Below, in pieces: positions 12,304 through 15,204 of a DNA stretch of 15,204 bases. The position numbers and the translations under genes are program-made. The notes beneath the pieces are model-generated. The model was given only the letters and a program-made list of their open reading frames with translations, was not told where the DNA came from and did no database searches. This stretch comes from a virus. How positions within the stretch are numbered: position 1 is the stretch's first letter; every line of letters begins with the position of its first letter. Location of the stretch: IMG/VR virus record IMGVR_UViG_3300038974_000388, positions 1 to 15,204 of that record; one strand, 5' to 3'.

Positions 12304-12351
12304 AATAAAAATCCCCCACAAGACCAGAGGGCGGAATGTCTTGCGGGGGAT
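12304..12351 (-). terminator. Intrinsic terminator T1 after the RuvC-like gene
   Basis: The minus-strand RNA reads AUCCCCCGCAAGAC-13 nt-GUCUUGUGGGGGAU, a 14-bp stem with one G-U pair, followed by UUUUUAUU. Confidence 0.8.
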
Positions 12352-12388
12352 CATGGGCCTTTTGTTGCGGCCTAAATCTATGTCGGGT

Positions 12389-12844
12389 TTATTTGGATTG
12401 TCGTCTGGCCCACCATGCCAAGAGCAAGGCGTCTGCTCGGCCGTGGTCCTTTTTTCTGGAAAGCTCCACGTCAGGGAAAAGACGCCTTGCCACGGTGATA
12501 GCGCGGGCCTTTGTGTCTGCTCCATCTGAAGTGGTCACCAGGCCCTTTTGCCACTCCTGCGGTCTTGTCATGACGTAGGGGACAAATAGCGCAGACAGGA
12601 CGCCTTGCCACTGCCCGAGGTTCTGCCCGAAGGTGAACATGCTTTTCACTCCCTGCCCCGGCATGGCGTGAACGCTCTCCAGGGCCGCGAGTTCGATATT
12701 GAATTCGGTGCGCCACTCCAGCAGCAGTTCAGCAGCCCCGGCCGCGTCTCCCGGCCAATCCTCGACAAGCTGACCGTCACGATGAACGAGGGCGATTGCT
12801 CCGTTCTTGCCGGGATCAATCCCGATCCATGCACATGGCTTCAT
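12389..12844 (-). CDS. RuvC-like Holliday junction resolvase (phage type)
   Basis: 151 aa. It has WIGIDPGKNGAIAL at the N-terminus, an internal acidic E, and HGRADALLLAWWA near the C-terminus, matching the RuvC-fold catalytic pattern. Its ATG overlaps the upstream TGA (ATGA at 12841-12844). Confidence 0.75.
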   Translation of the reverse strand: MKPCAWIGIDPGKNGAIALVHRDGQLVEDWPGDAAGAAELLLEWRTEFNIELAALESVHAMPGQGVKSMFTFGQNLGQWQGVLSALFVPYVMTRPQEWQKGLVTTSDGADTKARAITVARRLFPDVELSRKKDHGRADALLLAWWARRQSK

Positions 12845-13026
12845 CCTCTAGGCTCCTTGGCGGTTATCGTGGCCGGTCCTGTTCGTTCCCGCAGTTCCTT
12901 GACCTCGGCCTGTAGTTTCTGGATCTCGGACCATAACTTGCGCGTCCGGCTGTCGATCATGCTTTCGAGTCCATGAACCTCATCTTCGAGCGTCTGGACG
13001 CGGTCGGGAAGGTCGGGGTGTCTCAT
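12841..13026 (-). CDS. 61-aa coiled-coil protein, function unknown
   Basis: Heptad-like LEDEVHGLESMIDSRTRKLWSEIQKLQAEVKELRE. It is translationally coupled to the resolvase gene, but its own RBS is weak. Confidence 0.5.
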   Translation of the reverse strand: MRHPDLPDRVQTLEDEVHGLESMIDSRTRKLWSEIQKLQAEVKELRERTGPATITAKEPRG

Positions 13027-13044
13027 GGTCTGCCTTTGGAGAAA

Positions 13045-13082
13045 GTCCCCTTCTGGCCGGTGGTGGTAAACCAGAAGGGGAC
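13045..13082 (-). other. 12-bp perfect stem-loop in the gap between the Zn-ribbon and coiled-coil genes
   Basis: GTCCCCTTCTGG (13045-13056), a 14-nt loop, then CCAGAAGGGGAC (13071-13082). The minus-strand tail is TTTCTCC. Confidence 0.5.
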
Positions 13083-13095
13083 GGTGCTCAGGAGG

Positions 13096-13326
13096 TTAAG
13101 CACTGAAATTTTCTGAATGGACGACTTTGACGCCGCCCTTGGGCCTGTCGTTGTACTCCCTGAGGAAGGAGCATTCCCAATGACCAAGGAACTTCTGGCC
13201 GCACTGCCGGCACTGATACCGCTGTTCATAGAGGAAAGAGGTCAATGCCCTTGGCCCGTGGATCTTGTATGTCTCTTCACTGCCGCAAGACAGACATGGT
13301 ATTCGTGGCCGGCGTCCTTCCACCAT
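13096..13326 (-). CDS. 76-aa zinc-ribbon protein (CxxC...CxxC), function unknown
   Basis: CLSCG...CRQCG. The ATG at 13326 is preceded by TGAGGGA, which contains the MuF-like gene stop. Confidence 0.6.
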   Translation of the reverse strand: MVEGRRPRIPCLSCGSEETYKIHGPRALTSFLYEQRYQCRQCGQKFLGHWECSFLREYNDRPKGGVKVVHSENFSA

Positions 13327-13333
13327 TATTCCC

Positions 13334-14428
13334 TCACAATTCCGAAAGTCTCTTGATTCGACCGTCCGCGCTCATGTTCTTGAGTTCGAGCTTCCCGGCC
13401 TTGAACAATTCGAACCTGGTCTTCCCCAGGACCGACTTCACGAAGTCCGGGTCCTTCTCCACCTGGCGCTTCATCCACGCCTGATAGGTTAGGCTTTGCG
13501 GGACATGCTCCACGGACTCGACCTTGAACTTGGTACTGGTGCTTCCGTCCCGGTGATGAACGGTTCGGCCTGAATGCTTGACCGCCGGACGGGTCCCTTC
13601 TTCCATTTCGTCCTTGTCGATCCCGAGTTCCCGCCATGTCGGTGGAAGGGGAATGTAGACGCATCGGCAAGCCCAATGACGCGGGAGTACAGGCCGGGAC
13701 TCATCCTTCTTGAAGATCCGACCGTCTGTCGGCCCACAGACAAGACAGGTCCGTCTGTCCAAGGTGGCGCTGTACTTCCAGCCGACCACGAAGTCGTCAA
13801 AGTCCCTCTTGATGACCTCTTCCTTGGCGTAGTGCGCCGCCGACTGAAGCCAGGTCCGAGCAAGGCCATTCAAGCCCGGTACGCTGCCTTCTATGCCCTT
13901 CTGGCGCATGAGCCGCGCCGTTGCCTGAGCGCCGAGGCCTTCGACCATGGCTTGACGTCCTGACGATACGATACGGTCAACCGCCAACTGTTCGAGCTTC
14001 TTCAGCCAATCATTCACCAGGAGGCCTTCCACCTGGCTCATCTCGAACCAGGAGGTGACCGCGTCCTTGGGGAGCTTGGCGAAGGATACCGAAAGGCCGA
14101 GCGCCGCGTTCATGGTGGCCGTGGTCGAGGCTCCAGCCGCTTGAATGACGTCTTCCCCGGCTTCCCTGATCTTCTCCCCGACCTCGACATATATGTCTTC
14201 AAGTAGGCGTTCGATCTCCGTCTTCTGAGCGGTCAGAAGCGCCTTCCTGCGGCTTGCGGGTTCGTCCTGGTACTCGCCCTTCAGGATCTTGTCCTGAAGC
14301 CTGGAGAGCTTGCCCAGGATGGAAACGCGGGAGGCCTCCAGGACCTCGACCATTTCCTTGGCAAGCTGGTTGCCCCGCTGCTCGATCCGGTGGTGAAGTT
14401 TCAGGGTGTCGTCCAGGATCTCTTCCAT
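13334..14428 (-). CDS. Head morphogenesis / minor capsid protein, Mu F / SPP1 gp7 family
   Basis: 364 aa, with the family-typical DRRTCLVCGPTDGRIF...LPRHWACRCVYIP core. Confidence 0.85.
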   Translation of the reverse strand: MEEILDDTLKLHHRIEQRGNQLAKEMVEVLEASRVSILGKLSRLQDKILKGEYQDEPASRRKALLTAQKTEIERLLEDIYVEVGEKIREAGEDVIQAAGASTTATMNAALGLSVSFAKLPKDAVTSWFEMSQVEGLLVNDWLKKLEQLAVDRIVSSGRQAMVEGLGAQATARLMRQKGIEGSVPGLNGLARTWLQSAAHYAKEEVIKRDFDDFVVGWKYSATLDRRTCLVCGPTDGRIFKKDESRPVLPRHWACRCVYIPLPPTWRELGIDKDEMEEGTRPAVKHSGRTVHHRDGSTSTKFKVESVEHVPQSLTYQAWMKRQVEKDPDFVKSVLGKTRFELFKAGKLELKNMSADGRIKRLSEL

Positions 14429-14433
14429 GGTCC

Positions 14434-14898
14434 CTACCTGGTCACGCTGAAGGACGCGGCTTCACCGCGAAGGCTTCCGAGGCTCGAAAGCATGAAGACG
14501 ACATGGTCCGGAATGACCTTGACCTTGGTCGTCTGGTCGAAGGCCATACTGACCGAGCCAACCGACATGGAAGCCAGGCCCGCCCCGTCCGGAAGCGCCG
14601 TGGTGTCCGTCCCCTGGAGGACAAGCGCAAGTTCGAGTTGAGCCGCCTTGACCGCTTCGGGGATCTCGTCGGTTTCGACTCCGGAGACACCGCTTCGAGG
14701 CCAGCCCAAGGACTGCCCACTGGTTGCCGGAGTCCCCCTCCACTGAATGTAGAGGTCCAGCATTCGCCGGGACATGAGAAGGACCTTCTCTTTTTCGTCG
14801 TCGGTCGCGTCTTCCCAGGTGTCGGAATAGAGCCGCGCCGCGAAATAGGCGTTCGCTTCTTCGAGGGTCACATAACTATTCGAGGTGTCCAGGGTCAT
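14434..14898 (-). CDS. Head-tail connector/adaptor-like protein (gp6-like / DnaT-like family pattern)
   Basis: 154 aa. The pattern SYVTLEEANAYFAARL...W...EKEKVLLMSRRMLD...GQSLGWPRSG is typical of phage head-tail adaptors. It lies in the head-completion position. Confidence 0.55.
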   Translation of the reverse strand: MTLDTSNSYVTLEEANAYFAARLYSDTWEDATDDEKEKVLLMSRRMLDLYIQWRGTPATSGQSLGWPRSGVSGVETDEIPEAVKAAQLELALVLQGTDTTALPDGAGLASMSVGSVSMAFDQTTKVKVIPDHVVFMLSSLGSLRGEAASFSVTR

Positions 14899-14907
14899 GG
14901 CTTCCCC

Positions 14908-15204
14908 CTACTGCTCGACCGTGATCAAACAGGGTCCGCTTCCGAAGTTGCCCGTCGCAATACCGACGTCATAAAGGCCTTCGACCGGGATGGAGAGGTC
15001 TGTCATGGAGTCCGTGATTTCAATCGCGCTGATAATGGTGGTTCCGTCCGCCGGACTGTAACGCCTAATGGTGACGGTATTGTCCGCGCCGCCGTATTGC
15101 GAAACAAGAGCACGCCTGGCGGGGGTGAAGCCGTCCGTGTCCCCGGAGAGGTTGAACTTCTCGCTCCAGGTATTTTCAGCCGATACGGAAATTTGCTTGA
15201 TGAT
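14908..15204 (-). CDS. 3' part (98 codons + TAG) of the wrap-around 100-codon gene that starts at 61
   Basis: Hand translation gave an open frame from 15204 down to the TAG at 14910..14908. That TAG sits inside the RBS (TAGGGGGAAG) of the adaptor gene. Confidence 0.7.
   Translation of the reverse strand: MIKQISVSAENTWSEKFNLSGDTDGFTPARRALVSQYGGADNTVTIRRYSPADGTTIISAIEITDSMTDLSIPVEGLYDVGIATGNFGSGPCLITVEQ
15150..15204. repeat. Terminal direct overlap identical to 1..55
   Basis: Exact 55-nt identity with the window start. Confidence 0.95.

Noticed and set aside
12113-12304. 63-aa plus-strand ORF in the AT-rich non-coding region.
   Set aside because: It has a TTG start and no RBS. It runs straight through the 28-bp palindrome/terminator and the repeated half-site, and its product is Phe/Asn/Lys-rich as expected from AT-rich non-coding DNA.
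12062-12388. tRNA/tmRNA or a tRNA-derived attP in the large non-coding region.
   Set aside because: No cloverleaf-compatible set of stems or T-loop consensus (GTTCRANYC) was seen by eye. The stems present are explained as terminators.
13023-13229. 68-aa minus-strand ORF overlapping the Zn-ribbon gene and the hairpin.
   Set aside because: It is in an alternative frame to a better-supported CDS (CxxC pairs, with an RBS containing the upstream stop). It spans the 12-bp stem-loop and has no RBS.
13334-13650. Possible polymorphic-toxin C-terminal domain on the MuF-like protein.
   Set aside because: The ~100 residues after the CxxC...HWACRC core resemble the ordinary conserved C-terminal tail of SPP1 gp7/MuF proteins. 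No extra domain length and no adjacent immunity-like gene are evident.

Overview
The window is a closed, about 15,149-bp element. Nt 1-55 are identical to nt 15150-15204, and a 100-codon ORF is intact only when the ends are joined. All 23 credible genes lie on the minus strand, tightly packed, with GGAGG-type RBSs and many stop/start overlaps. The long plus-strand ORFs are antisense shadows in GC-rich DNA.

Reading in the direction of transcription from the one large non-coding region (11999-12388), the genes are:
- Maintenance and regulation: a short serine recombinase, an excisionase-type HTH protein, two acidic unknowns, and a type Ib ParA with a ribbon-helix-helix partner.
- Accessory: an AT-rich chimeric HTH/unknown gene and a Cys-rich miniprotein.
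- Replication: a zinc-ribbon/J-domain (HPD) protein coupled to a DnaG-primase/TOPRIM/RecA-like helicase fusion, followed by an iteron-rich non-coding region.
- Packaging and head: terS, an untracked 58-codon coupled ORF, terL, portal, scaffold, major capsid protein, two small virion-module proteins, a head-tail adaptor and a MuF/SPP1-gp7-like head protein.
- Last genes: a Zn-ribbon protein, a coiled-coil protein and a RuvC-like resolvase, followed by two tandem intrinsic terminators.

I can recognise no tail, fibre, lysis or repressor genes. The best reading is a self-packaging, tail-less, satellite-like element with plasmid partition functions.

Secondary signals:
- An RGTACY hexamer family clustered with 10-11 bp phasing in four intergenic regions.
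- A candidate plus-strand countertranscript.
- A 28-bp perfect palindrome upstream of the recombinase gene.

All homology statements come from motif recognition by eye; no searches were run.
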